Shown here: positions 27,744-37,935 of the stretch, piece by piece
How positions within the stretch are numbered: the stretch's first letter is position 1
How the letters are laid out: every line of letters starts with the position of its first letter
From: Candidatus Magasanikiibacteriota bacterium
Lineage (GTDB): Bacteria; Patescibacteriota; Patescibacteriia; Magasanikbacterales; UBA922
Direction: 5' to 3'
Assembly (NCBI GenBank): GCA_052033375.1
Contig: JBPOJQ010000010.1
Location: forward strand, 5,941 to 69,940
Length of the DNA stretch: 64,000 bases
The notes under the pieces: generated by a model
Seen by the model: only the letters and a program-made list of their open reading frames with translations
Database searches by the model: none
Told to the model about the DNA's origin: nothing
Program-made: the position numbers and the translations under genes

Positions 27744-28344
27744 AGGTGAGGAATTGGTTAAGGTATTTTGCTAGTACATCAATTTCGATATTTACCATAT
27801 CACTGGTACGCTTTTCTGACAAGTTGGTATGGTCCCATGTGTATGGAATAATTTTAAACTTAAAATTATTTTTTCCTGTTCCAGTTACTGTCAGGCTGAT
27901 TCCATCAATTGCGATCGATCCTTTTTCGGCAATCATTTTGAGATATTTTTTTTCACGAGGTTCGATGGTAAATATGTATGAGTTTCCTTCTGGAATAATC
28001 GAAACAATTTTGCCGATGGTATCAATATGTCCTTGGACAATATGCCCATCAAGTCGATCGTGTGCTTTCATTGATTGCTCCATGTTTACCACTGATCCTT
28101 TTTTCAGACTAGAAAGATTAGTACGTTCGAGGCTTTCAGGCATATACTCAAATGTCAAACCACCTTTGTTTTTTTTCAGCGTTGAGCATACACCATTTAT
28201 GGTAATACTTGCACCAATTTTTAGTTTCCATTTTTTAGGTTGTGTGACGACGAGGATCATTCCATCTTTGTGTAGTTTTGTACTAACGACTGTTGCTGTT
28301 GCGGTTATTATTCCTGTAAACATATGATACTGATTTTTTACCAC
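27727..28344 (-). CDS. ribE: riboflavin synthase alpha subunit
   Basis: MFTGII...SITINGVCST (lumazine-binding repeat 1) ... SIAIDGISLTV (repeat 2). Confidence 0.88.
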   Translation of the reverse strand: MVKNQYHMFTGIITATATVVSTKLHKDGMILVVTQPKKWKLKIGASITINGVCSTLKKNKGGLTFEYMPESLERTNLSSLKKGSVVNMEQSMKAHDRLDGHIVQGHIDTIGKIVSIIPEGNSYIFTIEPREKKYLKMIAEKGSIAIDGISLTVTGTGKNNFKFKIIPYTWDHTNLSEKRTSDMVNIEIDVLAKYLNQFLTYANTP

Positions 28345-28385
28345 TTAATAGTGTTTTGATACCACTGCCTGATGCATTCAATATG

Positions 28386-29618
28386 TTAGAATTGGTTTAT
28401 ATTTTTTTCCACGTACTCCCACACATATTTTGCAACAGGATTCGGTTTTCCTTCAACAGGGTAGTGGTGGAGGTTGATAAAAGGCACACCATTACATTCT
28501 ATAATACCCCAGATTTGATCGTGTGGTGAGCGTGAAATATTTTCAATAATAAAATCAAACCCTATTATTGGATCTTTTACCGTGGCAGCAGCCCGCTCTA
28601 AGATTGGTGGTATGTCTCGGTGCGTGATATCAGTTACTTCGGCACTATATCCGCCATATGATATTCCAATTTTTTCCAGCAGATCAATCGTCTCTCCTGG
28701 TTTGAGTACATCTTGTATTTTTTTCCCCGTACGTGCCAAAAATTCATAGTGACCTTCGTGTAGGTGTATGTCACTGACCTGTGGATTGCGATTGTTGTTT
28801 TTTATTTCAACTAGCTCTGCAATTGTGTATATACCGTCTCCAGTGATTCGTGGTGGGTCTCCACGCAAATTTCCTGTAAATTTTCCGTCAATCAATGTGC
28901 CGCGGTATACACTTCCTGTGAGATGCTCCTCCATGACTACCCAATAGCATAGTTGTTTCGCGCGCGTGAATGCTTTTTTTAATTCTTCTGTGGTCGAGAT
29001 GTGTGTGGTCGTGTGTCTTCCGCGAGATCCTATGCGTGGCTTGATAATCACTGGCTTTCGTAGTTTTCCAAACATCTCTTTGAGTGGCTTATATCGTGTA
29101 AATGATCCGCCTTGAGCTACGGGAATATGTGCTTTTTGCAATTTTTTTTTCAATACTGCCTTGTCATCGAGCCACCAATCAGCACCATTTTCATTGTGAG
29201 GTGGTCTGGGTAGGCCATTAAATCTTATTTTTTTTCCTTTAATTTCCACTTCATAGATATCAACTGGTTTTTTCCAGACAATAAAACTTTTTATTGGGAT
29301 TCCACGTTGTTCTGCTCCATCCCATAATGCTTTTCCTCGCCAGCTTACTACTTTTTCTTTATCAGTGTTCTCTTCAATTGCTCCAAAAAAATCTAGTATT
29401 TTGAATGTTGCTTGAAAGAACCAGTTTGAAAAAAGTGACACTGCACGTGACACAAAACTTCGTGAGATGAGTCTACCGATTGGGTTCATGATAATCACAA
29501 ATGATTGTGAGAGCCAGGTGAGTCTGTGTGGTACTGGATTATTACCACAGTAAATGCATTTTTTAGACATAGAGTGAGGGTGGTGTATAGAAGTCTGGCA
29601 GCCGTACCTTGGGGTCAA
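28386..29618 (-). CDS. ATP-grasp family protein (RimK/cyanophycin-synthetase-like)
   Basis: KPRIGSRGRHT...VVMEEHLTGSVYR...GIIECNGVPFI pattern consistent with ATP-grasp fold; N-terminal Cys pair. Confidence 0.55.
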   Translation of the reverse strand: MTPRYGCQTSIHHPHSMSKKCIYCGNNPVPHRLTWLSQSFVIIMNPIGRLISRSFVSRAVSLFSNWFFQATFKILDFFGAIEENTDKEKVVSWRGKALWDGAEQRGIPIKSFIVWKKPVDIYEVEIKGKKIRFNGLPRPPHNENGADWWLDDKAVLKKKLQKAHIPVAQGGSFTRYKPLKEMFGKLRKPVIIKPRIGSRGRHTTTHISTTEELKKAFTRAKQLCYWVVMEEHLTGSVYRGTLIDGKFTGNLRGDPPRITGDGIYTIAELVEIKNNNRNPQVSDIHLHEGHYEFLARTGKKIQDVLKPGETIDLLEKIGISYGGYSAEVTDITHRDIPPILERAAATVKDPIIGFDFIIENISRSPHDQIWGIIECNGVPFINLHHYPVEGKPNPVAKYVWEYVEKNINQF

Positions 29619-30999
29619 GACCGTAGAGAATTTTATAGAAATTAGGCATCATCTGGTCGACTGCTTCACCCAGTGTACATACTCCACTGAATTCTTGCAA
29701 TTCATTGTCAGTATTCTCATTTCCATAGAGTATGAGGTCAATACTTGACGCGTGTGCTGTGTGCTCAGAATTTTTGAGTGTCCCGAATACGAATTCTCCA
29801 CAAAAATAATCTGTTTGTGTGTGTTCAATATTTTGCATTTCATCATTTTTTTGGACTCGGTTCAGTAGTTTTAGGTACGCGTTTTTAAGATAGGTAAGAT
29901 ACTGTATTTGCAAAAAGCCTCCACCGCAGGTGAGTCCATAATAAAAACTGAGTATGATGTATGAGAGTGCCATACTTGGCATGAGTTCTTTTTTTTCAAT
30001 TGCTACTTTGATTTCATGGGGGTTCAGAATAAGTTGGTATGTCCCATCATCTGACTCGAGTTTCCCTTTTGTATATTTGAGTCTTTTTCGTACACCGTTG
30101 TGGATTGCCCAAAATAATATAGTTCCTGCTTGTGTGTGTGAAGAAAACGCCCCTTGAATTCCATCAAAACACTCTTTGAAAATTTGTATTGTTGTATGAT
30201 CAGTCAGTAGGTTGGTGATGGGGGTGTATGTGTCAAGATGATGCATAATGAGGAGTCTATTCACTATGTCTTCTTGCTCTAAGTAGATAAGATTTGTTTT
30301 TTCTTGTCCTGGAATTTTTTTCCACAATAGATAATTTGAGTGTGTGATTTGGTCTGCATAGGACGTAGCATTGAGCATTGCGTCAGATGTGTATATGTCG
30401 GTTATTAGGCGCTTCAATTGTATGGGCAGTTGTTGTTTTTCCAGTCTTGATGTTATCTCATGTATAGTATATGCCGGGAAAGAAAATACAGGATGTGTTC
30501 GATATTTTAGACTTACAAAATTATATCTATTCTTAGTGAGATCTCTGTCGTGGAATAGAATACTCCGCGGTAAGGATGAGTTGTTTAGGGAGACACCGCC
30601 ACATGAAAATACAAAAATATTAGCGAGTTGTTTTTTTTGATTCGCAAAAGATTGAATCAGGTGACTATTTACAAAAAAAGGATGTGTGATTGGACCATGG
30701 TGGTCGGCTGTCGACACATAGTAATGATTTCGTAGTTGTTCAATTGCTGTTTCTGCAATTGTCGCGTCAATATGCTCAATAATCATCCGTTTTACGATTG
30801 AGAGCAATTCTTCTTTTCTGTATGCAGTTGTATCATGTGAAAATGCGAGGTTATTTTCAAAATGTTGTCTAAGTGTGTGTGTCCCTTCGTTTTCAAGAGT
30901 TTTTTTCAAGAGTGGTGTTTTTTCGAGTACTTTTTTTTTGATTTCAGCAAAGTTCATAGTAGTTGTGCAGCTTCCCATATTATGGGTGTGTTTATTCAT
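29563..30999 (-). CDS. hypothetical protein (478 aa), overlaps start of ATP-grasp gene
   Basis: Long ORF, no recognised motifs. Confidence 0.45.
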   Translation of the reverse strand: MNKHTHNMGSCTTTMNFAEIKKKVLEKTPLLKKTLENEGTHTLRQHFENNLAFSHDTTAYRKEELLSIVKRMIIEHIDATIAETAIEQLRNHYYVSTADHHGPITHPFFVNSHLIQSFANQKKQLANIFVFSCGGVSLNNSSLPRSILFHDRDLTKNRYNFVSLKYRTHPVFSFPAYTIHEITSRLEKQQLPIQLKRLITDIYTSDAMLNATSYADQITHSNYLLWKKIPGQEKTNLIYLEQEDIVNRLLIMHHLDTYTPITNLLTDHTTIQIFKECFDGIQGAFSSHTQAGTILFWAIHNGVRKRLKYTKGKLESDDGTYQLILNPHEIKVAIEKKELMPSMALSYIILSFYYGLTCGGGFLQIQYLTYLKNAYLKLLNRVQKNDEMQNIEHTQTDYFCGEFVFGTLKNSEHTAHASSIDLILYGNENTDNELQEFSGVCTLGEAVDQMMPNFYKILYGLDPKVRLPDFYTPPSLYV

Positions 31000-32049
31000 C
31001 GTCTGCTAGATTTATCTTTCCGTTATCATATACGTTTGGGATGATTGAACCGCTTACAATTTTTGTGATATCTTGGATTGTCTCAATCATTTTTTCAATA
31101 TTATTGCCACTTGTCATGATGCAGATAATGTATGGACTTTCTGGATCGTACACAATTCCACAATCATGTAGTACGCGTGTTTCTATTGATCCATCAGGAT
31201 TTAGTAATGCTGCCTCTCCAAATTTGTGCGCGATTGTTATTTCTGCGGGTATTACCGCGCGTATACCATATGCAAATGTAGATTCACTCAAATAGCGTAA
31301 TAATTCTTCTGAATACGGTGGCGTGAGGTATGATGCTATGTAGAGACTTCGCAGAATTCCCGCATATAGGCGTACGGTGATATCCCAGTTACTTTTTCCA
31401 TTGTATATGTGTGGTTCAGGTAGTCCAAGGTCACGGAGTACATTGTAGCTATATTCTGCTGGTAGATTTTGGTTTAATGCGTATATCGGATTATTGTCAG
31501 AATTTTTTAATAAATTTTTTATCATTTCTTCGATGGTGTAGCTTTTACCGGGCTGTATGTTACTTTTTACAGCAAAGTATTGTTTTGCATTTTGATCAGG
31601 CTGTTCAGGTGGAATTGCAATTTCTTTTTTTAGTATGTCGGGGTTTGTTTCTGCAAGTTTGTAGTATGCAATTGCAATAGGAAGTTTGAGTAGACTCGCA
31701 GGGTAAAAATTTTTATCAGCATTGATTCCAAACCAACGTCGAGTTTTGAGATCTCGATAGAATACAGATCCCTCTTCGATATCACCTTTTTGTTTTTTTT
31801 GTTCGATGAGCCTGCTTACGTCTATCTCCAGAGCTTTGACTCGTATTATTTTTTCGTTGATTGTTTTACAGTCAATGTGTTGATCAAGTAGTGCATAATC
31901 CTGTCCACAGTTTTCTTCAGTCGTATCTTTTTTGTGGATTATGAAAAAAATACTTACGAGTATGATCGTAGTAGTAAGTATTGCAATAAATATGGGTTTG
32001 TGTCGGTATTTTGGTATGTGACAGCAGGCATGCTCGTGTGTATGTGCCA
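30992..32049 (-). CDS. class-A beta-lactamase/D,D-carboxypeptidase-like serine hydrolase, membrane-anchored (start trimmed to MAHTHE...)
   Basis: SxxK (ASLLK), SDN (SDNN), KxG (KFG) triad; six-frame ORF extends to 32221 but would overlap tRNA at 32149-32235. Confidence 0.6.
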
Positions 32050-32148
32050 TAGTAATGAGCGTAGATTTTCCTCGATTATGCATTGAAGCATATAACAAAA
32101 TATACTTCTTGAAAAGAGTTTTTTTATTTTTAATGTATATTTTTAGTG

Positions 32149-32235
32149 CGGAGAGGGCGAGATTCGAACTCGCGAGACCCTTTCGGATCCGGCAGTTTAG
32201 TAAACTGCTGTTTTCAACCACTCAACCACCTCTCC
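32149..32235 (-). tRNA. type-II (long variable arm) Ser-like tRNA with anomalous anticodon loop UUACUAA (anticodon ACU by canonical placement)
   Basis: GGAGAGG acceptor, GTT/AAC D-stem, GCAGT/ACTGC anticodon stem, 18-nt variable arm, GCGAG-TTCGAAT-CTCGC T-arm; aligns base-for-base with tRNA-Ser(UGA) at 32516-32603. Confidence 0.6.
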
Positions 32236-32321
32236 ATTACTTAGTAGACACACGTCACGTCGTCTTTTCGTTCCTCTGATATGAATTTGTCTCCGTCGAA
32301 CGTCGTTTTGGTGACCATGAA

Positions 32322-32410
<89 letters not shown>

Positions 32411-32515
32411 ATCTGGCCTTGCTTCGCTATGCCAGACAAGGTTTAGAGAAGTAAGAGCCAATAAATTGTAACACAATTGCTTAGCTTACTGGGCAATAGC
32501 ACAGCAAAGCCACAG

Positions 32516-32603
32516 CGGAGAGGGTGGGATTCGAACCCACGGTAGACTAAAAGCCTACAACAGTTTTCAAGACTGCCGCCTTCAACCACTCAGCCACCTC
32601 TCC
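32516..32603 (-). tRNA. tRNA-Ser (anticodon UGA), type II
   Basis: Anticodon loop CTTGAAA; T-arm GTGGG-TTCGAAT-CCCAC; long variable arm. Confidence 0.8.
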
Positions 32604-32740
32604 ATTGTTTTTTATTATGCGTGTATTCTAGAAATTACATCTTTTTGAACAGGATATAGTATAGCGTAATATTCTGTCTGCGTCAACCTCTGTTACCCCT
32701 CTTGTTTAATCCCCGTATACTTTGTATACTTCCTTTTAGT

Positions 32741-33202
32741 ATGAAGCGAAACCAACCATCGCCATCATTTGCTATGATTCTCGAACATGTGTCGAATAGT
32801 GAAGTCGAGGCTACTGCTGTTCCGGCTGTTTTTGGTAATGAATCAAAAGAATGGCATGAGGATTTAGAAGATGGAAAATTATCGGTCGATGTGTCGCATG
32901 ATGATACCTATGTATACATTGTCTCGACAGTGGCGGGCGCTTCACCTGATCGGCTTGAGGTGTATATTCATAATGATTTGCTTACTTTGCGAGGGGAGCG
33001 TGTGAATCCTGTTACACAAAAAAAATCAGTAGAATTTTATCATACAGAATGTTTTTGGGGGCATTTTTCTCGAACGATTGTGCTGCCAGTCGAGGTGAAT
33101 GGTGATCTTGCGCGTGCACAGTATAAAAATGGTGTATTAGAGATTACAGTGCCCAAACGAACTAAGGATAGAAAAATTTCGATTGAAATTGTTGAGGAAT
33201 AA
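32741..33202 (+). CDS. Hsp20/alpha-crystallin family small heat-shock protein
   Basis: Alpha-crystallin domain: DVSHDDTYVYIVSTVAG...LEVYIHNDLLTLRGER...YKNGVLEITVPK. Confidence 0.85.
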   Translation: MKRNQPSPSFAMILEHVSNSEVEATAVPAVFGNESKEWHEDLEDGKLSVDVSHDDTYVYIVSTVAGASPDRLEVYIHNDLLTLRGERVNPVTQKKSVEFYHTECFWGHFSRTIVLPVEVNGDLARAQYKNGVLEITVPKRTKDRKISIEIVEE

Positions 33203-33205
33203 TAT

Positions 33206-35219
33206 GGCTGATATTTCGGTGCCAGGACAACATATGGTTACGCCGCATACGCATTCTCCAAAGAGAAAGATAATCTTTTTTTCGATTCTTATCGCCTTGG
33301 TATGCGGTATCATTGGAATTGGAGTTGCATATGGACAGTCATTTGCTGATCGGGTGTTACCGGGTGTGCGGATCGGTTCGTTCGCTGTTGGTGGAATGAC
33401 TGAGAATGAATTGAGTACCTTTGTTAGTGATATGCATGATAAGCTTCTTGCCAAGGGGATCCAGGTGACTGTTGCCACAGCCACTAGTACACAAAATTTT
33501 GTAATATATCCACAATCAATTGGTGCGGAGTCTGTGGTCGAGTTTATTGAAATTGATTCTCATTCTGTTGCGAAAAAACTAGTTACCCAAGGGAAGACAG
33601 GGAACATGCTTATTGATTCTTTTCGAGCCTTGCATTCGTTGCTTACTACACCATCGGTTCGCATAGATATTAGTGCTTTGTATGAAGATAGATTATTTGC
33701 TGAGATTGATAAAAATATTGCCCCCTTCGTGCGACCTGTGGTGAATGCGGGAGTTATCGTGAGTGACTTATCGCCGCTGAAATATGATATCACTTCATCT
33801 TCACGCGGGACTGCCCTTAATTATACGTATATTGAGGGGGTGGTCAGGGATAGCTGGTCACAATTGGCACAGCCACAGATACAGCTTGAGACTACTGAGA
33901 TTGATCCTCAGATTACTGAGAGTGACGTAGAGCGTGTTATTTCAAATTTATCGGATGCCTTTGATGAAGGCTCTATTGCTATTGAATATTTTAATTCTTC
34001 AACTAAGCGACAGTATGCATGGAAATTGACGCCAGCGATGCTTTCCCGAATGATTGAGGTGGAAAAAAGTTCTGATGCCCGTATTGCTTTTAGACTTTCT
34101 TCGTCATCAACATATGCCTACCTTCGGAATGTAGTAGCGCCGACAGTAGATGTGTTGCCACAGAACGCTAAATTTACCATCAATGATGATAAAAAAGTGA
34201 CTGAATTTAAAGGTTCACATCCTGGAGTAACAGTAGACATTGAACGTACTGATCAACTCATCCAGGAGGTGTTTCGCGGTAGATTTGACACAGTAACTTC
34301 GACACAAAATGTGTCATTGGTTACGAAAGAAGTACAACCTGATATTAAGACAGGTGAAGTAAATGATTTGGGTATTACGGAGGTTCTTGGTGTTGGTAGA
34401 TCAGTGTTTAAGGGAAGTCCGGGAAATCGATACAAAAATATCCGTCATGCCGCTTTTGATAAATTGGATGGACTCATTATCAAACCGGGAGAAGAATTTT
34501 CTTTGCTTGACGCGTTGAAGCCATTTACCTTGGAGGGGGGATATTTACCCGAGCTTGCAATTAAGGGTGACCGATTAGTCCCCGAGATTGGTGGGGGGTT
34601 GTGTCAGATCGGTACAACAATGTTTCGAGCTGCAATGAATGCAGGACTTCAGATTACTGAGAGAAGAAATCATTCATTGATGATTTCATATTACAATGAT
34701 TTGACTAATGGAAATCCGGGAACTGATGCGACTATCTATGACCCAGGGACTGATTTTAAATTCGTTAATGATACTGGACATCACATCCTTATTACCTCTG
34801 AGATGAATAATACTACTGGTGATCTTTATTTTACGTTCTGGGGAACGAGTGATGGGCGCAAGGGATATTTCATACCCCCTACATTGGTACGTAGAATTCC
34901 TGTCGGACCTACTAAAATAATCGAGACGACTGAATTACCTCCTGGAAAAAAAGAATGTCAGCATGCGTATCCTGGTGCGGAAGCATATTTCACGTATGTG
35001 CGTGAAATGCCTAATGGTGAGAAGAAAGAGGTGGTGTATTCCAGTTATTATCGACCATTACCTGAAACCTGTTTAGTGGGCATTAACCCTGAGACTGAAT
35101 CAACAGAGGAAGTGGCACCTCCTTCTACGGTCGAGGGGGATGGGGCGGCACCGAGCGGTGAGCCTGTGTCCTCAGGTCAGGTGGAACTGAATGACCCTAT
35201 CGTGTCTATTGAATCATAG
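33206..35219 (+). CDS. VanW-family protein with N-terminal TM and large extracytoplasmic region
   Basis: GGGLCQIGTTMFRAAMNAGLQITERRNHS matches VanW core motif. Confidence 0.75.
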
Positions 35220-35232
35220 AGTGTGGGGATAT

Positions 35233-35261
35233 AAAAATTGGCTTAAATAAGCCAATTTTTT
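35233..35261 (+). terminator. rho-independent terminator after VanW-like gene
   Basis: AAAAATTGGCTTA-AAT-AAGCCAATTTTTT perfect hairpin plus T-run. Confidence 0.6.
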
Positions 35262-35281
35262 GTATTTATACCCACAACCTC

Positions 35282-35310
35282 TTGACAAAAAAACCAATAT
35301 ATGGTATTAT
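35282..35310 (+). promoter_or_regulatory. sigma70-type promoter TTGACA-N17-TATTAT
   Basis: Consensus -35 at 35282-35287, 17-nt spacer, -10 TATTAT at 35305-35310. Confidence 0.5.
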
Positions 35311-35316
35311 ATGACG

Positions 35317-35535
35317 TCACGTAAATGTATGACAGTGTCCCCACTAGATTGTCTACAGGTAGTAGCAGTTGGCCTAGGGCCAAATATTACTACCTGTACC
35401 ACGACAAGCATGGGGATGTGTCGAAGGAAAGTTCAGGCTTCGGCTCGTCTTCTCCTTTAACACATCTTCTTGGTACGGGTAAGGTTTCAACCCTTAACTT
35501 TAAAAAATCCCCCTTCGGGGGGATTTTTATTTTTC
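35317..35535 (+). ncRNA. candidate ~215-nt structured small RNA bounded by promoter and intrinsic terminator; identity unknown
   Basis: Nested hairpins ACAGGTAGTA..TTGGCC-TAG-GGCCAA..TACTACCTGT; CCCCA/TGGGG; 3' hairpin CCCCC-TTCG-GGGGG plus T-run; no convincing ORF. Confidence 0.4.
35507..35535. terminator. bidirectional intrinsic terminator (A-tract, CCCCC-TTCG-GGGGG hairpin, T-tract)
   Basis: Serves + strand candidate sRNA and minus-strand gene 35527-35982. Confidence 0.6.
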
Positions 35536-35982
35536 TATTGTTTCTGTTTCATCGTTTGGAATTGAGTATAATGCTTTTTTAAGCACCATATACCGTGCTT
35601 CAGGAGCCGTGATATTGCATCCTCGTTTGTGCGCTTCGTTTATTAATTCTTGCGCGGTTTCTAGCCAGTCATCGGGTGTATACCCATTTGATTGTGTTAC
35701 CAACTTGTTTGTCTTACCTCCATCAAGATACTTTGATAGCTCGGTTACTATGTGCATGATTGTGTGAGGAAGTAACTCGTGCAGTGTTTGCTCAAATTTT
35801 GTTTTTTCGTTTACTGTATTTATTCCATTTTTTTCTCCATATTTTATCGCCTGTTCAATTCGTTGTAATGTATTTTTGAATAACGGTACATTGAGCACTA
35901 TCGCTGACATGAATTTAATATTTTCTGTAATGTCATTTTGGAGTTCTTCTGTTAAAAATTCATTATTTCTATACTCACTCAT
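35527..35982 (-). CDS. hypothetical protein (151 aa)
   Basis: ORF followed by strong terminator hairpin; no motifs recognised. Confidence 0.45.
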   Translation of the reverse strand: MSEYRNNEFLTEELQNDITENIKFMSAIVLNVPLFKNTLQRIEQAIKYGEKNGINTVNEKTKFEQTLHELLPHTIMHIVTELSKYLDGGKTNKLVTQSNGYTPDDWLETAQELINEAHKRGCNITAPEARYMVLKKALYSIPNDETETIEK

Positions 35983-36006
35983 AACGTTTTAAGTATTTTT
36001 GTTTTT

Positions 36007-36621
36007 TTATTCTATCACTTTATCAACTAATCCATATGTCACTGCCTCTGCGGCACTCATGAAGTAATCTCGATCAGCATCCTTTTCTACTTTTTCAAGT
36101 GATTGGCCTGAATGCTTTGCAAGAATTTCATTCAGGTGTTTTTTCATTTTTACAATGCGTTCCGCATGAATCTGGATGTCACTTGCTTGCCCCTGTGTTC
36201 CACCCATTACCTGATGAATCATGACTTCGCTATTTGGAAGGCAGAATCGTTTGCCTGCTGCTCCTGCGGCAAGAAGTACTGATCCCATCGATGCCGCCAT
36301 TCCAATACAGATAGTAGAGACATCTGGGGTAATAAATTGCATAGTGTCGTAGATTGCAAGTCCGGCTGTCACTGATCCTCCTGGCGAATTGATATATAGT
36401 TTGATATCTCGTTCTGGATCTTGATTCGCAAGGAAGAGAAGCTGAGCGACTACAATGTTTGCAACATGGTCATCGATTGCAGTACCTAGAAAAATAATCC
36501 GATCTTTGAGTAAGCGTGAGTAGATGTCGTAGGCACGTTCGCCATAGGTAGTTTTTTCAATAACGGTTGGAATGAGGATTTGAGAAGTGACTGGATCAAA
36601 TTCGGAATGTATGTTTTTCAT
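36007..36621 (-). CDS. clpP: ATP-dependent Clp protease proteolytic subunit
   Basis: [11 protein letters not shown]...[18 protein letters not shown]...GMAASMGS (catalytic Ser)...IHQVMGG (His). Confidence 0.93.
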   Translation of the reverse strand: MKNIHSEFDPVTSQILIPTVIEKTTYGERAYDIYSRLLKDRIIFLGTAIDDHVANIVVAQLLFLANQDPERDIKLYINSPGGSVTAGLAIYDTMQFITPDVSTICIGMAASMGSVLLAAGAAGKRFCLPNSEVMIHQVMGGTQGQASDIQIHAERIVKMKKHLNEILAKHSGQSLEKVEKDADRDYFMSAAEAVTYGLVDKVIE

Positions 36622-36740
36622 ACTAATAATTAGGTATAGTCGTGGATTATATACTCATGTACGAATTGTAAAACCAAGAATTGGAATTCATGTATTATAT
36701 ATCCTCGAGGTTTATTCGTACTGTGCGTATACTTTTTACA

Positions 36741-37811
36741 TTATACGCTTTTTAGGCATTTATTCAAGGTAGGGAGAATTTTTTCGTATACAGAGTTGAT
36801 GGGTGATTCAATCGTAAATCCAGCAGCTTTTTTGTGCCCGCCTCCTCCAAATGATTTTGCAATTTGTGATACGTCTACATCGTCCCTAGTAGTGCGCATA
36901 CTTACTTTTACTACATTGTCAGGTTTTTCACGGAATACTATATGAATTTTACCATCCTTGAGTGTATTCATGAAATTTGCGATTCCATCAGCGCTCTCTT
37001 CATCGACACCACACGATAACATGTCTTCTATTGAAACAGATAAAGAAACAATATCCAATTCATGATCATAGTGTAGGTTACTTAGGGCCTTACCCCAGAG
37101 CCGTAATGTGTGCACGTGTTTATTGTTATACAGACACTCGATTACTTCTTTCATGGACCCCCCTTGTTTTACAAGTGAACCTGCAATACCCAGGCTTCTT
37201 TTTGATGTTGCTGAATTGGTGAACGAACCGGTGTCATATATAATTCCGCAGAGCAGTGCTGTCGCCATGTCTGGAGTTATATCTATGCGGTTGTGGGTAA
37301 AATAGTCGTAGAGAAGTTCGCAGGTAGACGAGTGTGTGAGAGATACTAGATTTATGTCACCAAAATGTGTATTGGTAGCATGGTGATCAATTACAACGAT
37401 TGTTGCTGTATTGTTTTTTTTGAGATATTGACTTACTCCTGCATATTCTGGATCTCCAGAATCGCATACGATGATTGTATCATATTGAGTATCCCATATA
37501 CGCGGATCAGTTGTTACCTCGTCCATTAATGCAAGACCGCGTAGTTGTTCTGGTACTGGAGTAACGCAAAAGATGTCTACTTTTTTTTGGTAGTTTTTTA
37601 TGTACGTACCTAGAGCTGATACTGCGCCGCATGCGTCCCCGTCTGGGTTTTTATGTGGAATAAGTAGTATCTGATTACTCTGCATTATCTGGTCATGTAT
37701 TTGTTTTGCTTTTCGGTGTGGCATATCGTTATACGAACATGGGAGTATAGATGGATTGTAGAGTATTGTCAAGGGGGGTAGAGGAGTGTCAACACTCATG
37801 TAAAAAGCCAC
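36741..37811 (-). CDS. DHH/DHHA1-family phosphoesterase (NrnA-like nanoRNase/pAp phosphatase)
   Basis: HKNPDGDACGA (motif I-II), VIDHHATN (DHH), DHHA1 GGGHKKAAG. Confidence 0.8.
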   Translation of the reverse strand: MAFYMSVDTPLPPLTILYNPSILPCSYNDMPHRKAKQIHDQIMQSNQILLIPHKNPDGDACGAVSALGTYIKNYQKKVDIFCVTPVPEQLRGLALMDEVTTDPRIWDTQYDTIIVCDSGDPEYAGVSQYLKKNNTATIVVIDHHATNTHFGDINLVSLTHSSTCELLYDYFTHNRIDITPDMATALLCGIIYDTGSFTNSATSKRSLGIAGSLVKQGGSMKEVIECLYNNKHVHTLRLWGKALSNLHYDHELDIVSLSVSIEDMLSCGVDEESADGIANFMNTLKDGKIHIVFREKPDNVVKVSMRTTRDDVDVSQIAKSFGGGGHKKAAGFTIESPINSVYEKILPTLNKCLKSV

Positions 37812-37935
37812 AATAGGGTAGAGCTTTTCTTTATTTTTGGAATATGAGAAAATATATGTCGGCTGTTCAGTCAGTAGTCGAAAATGGTTTTCCTTACTTT
37901 CGATTTTATTGACTGTACGACTTTTGATAGTTTAT

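Noticed and set aside
35260-35582. Small + strand ORFs (66 and 85 aa) in the VanW-downstream intergenic region
   Set aside because: One starts upstream of the -10 box and the other runs through the terminator hairpin; Cys/Ser-rich composition with no RBS; the region is better explained as a structured sRNA.
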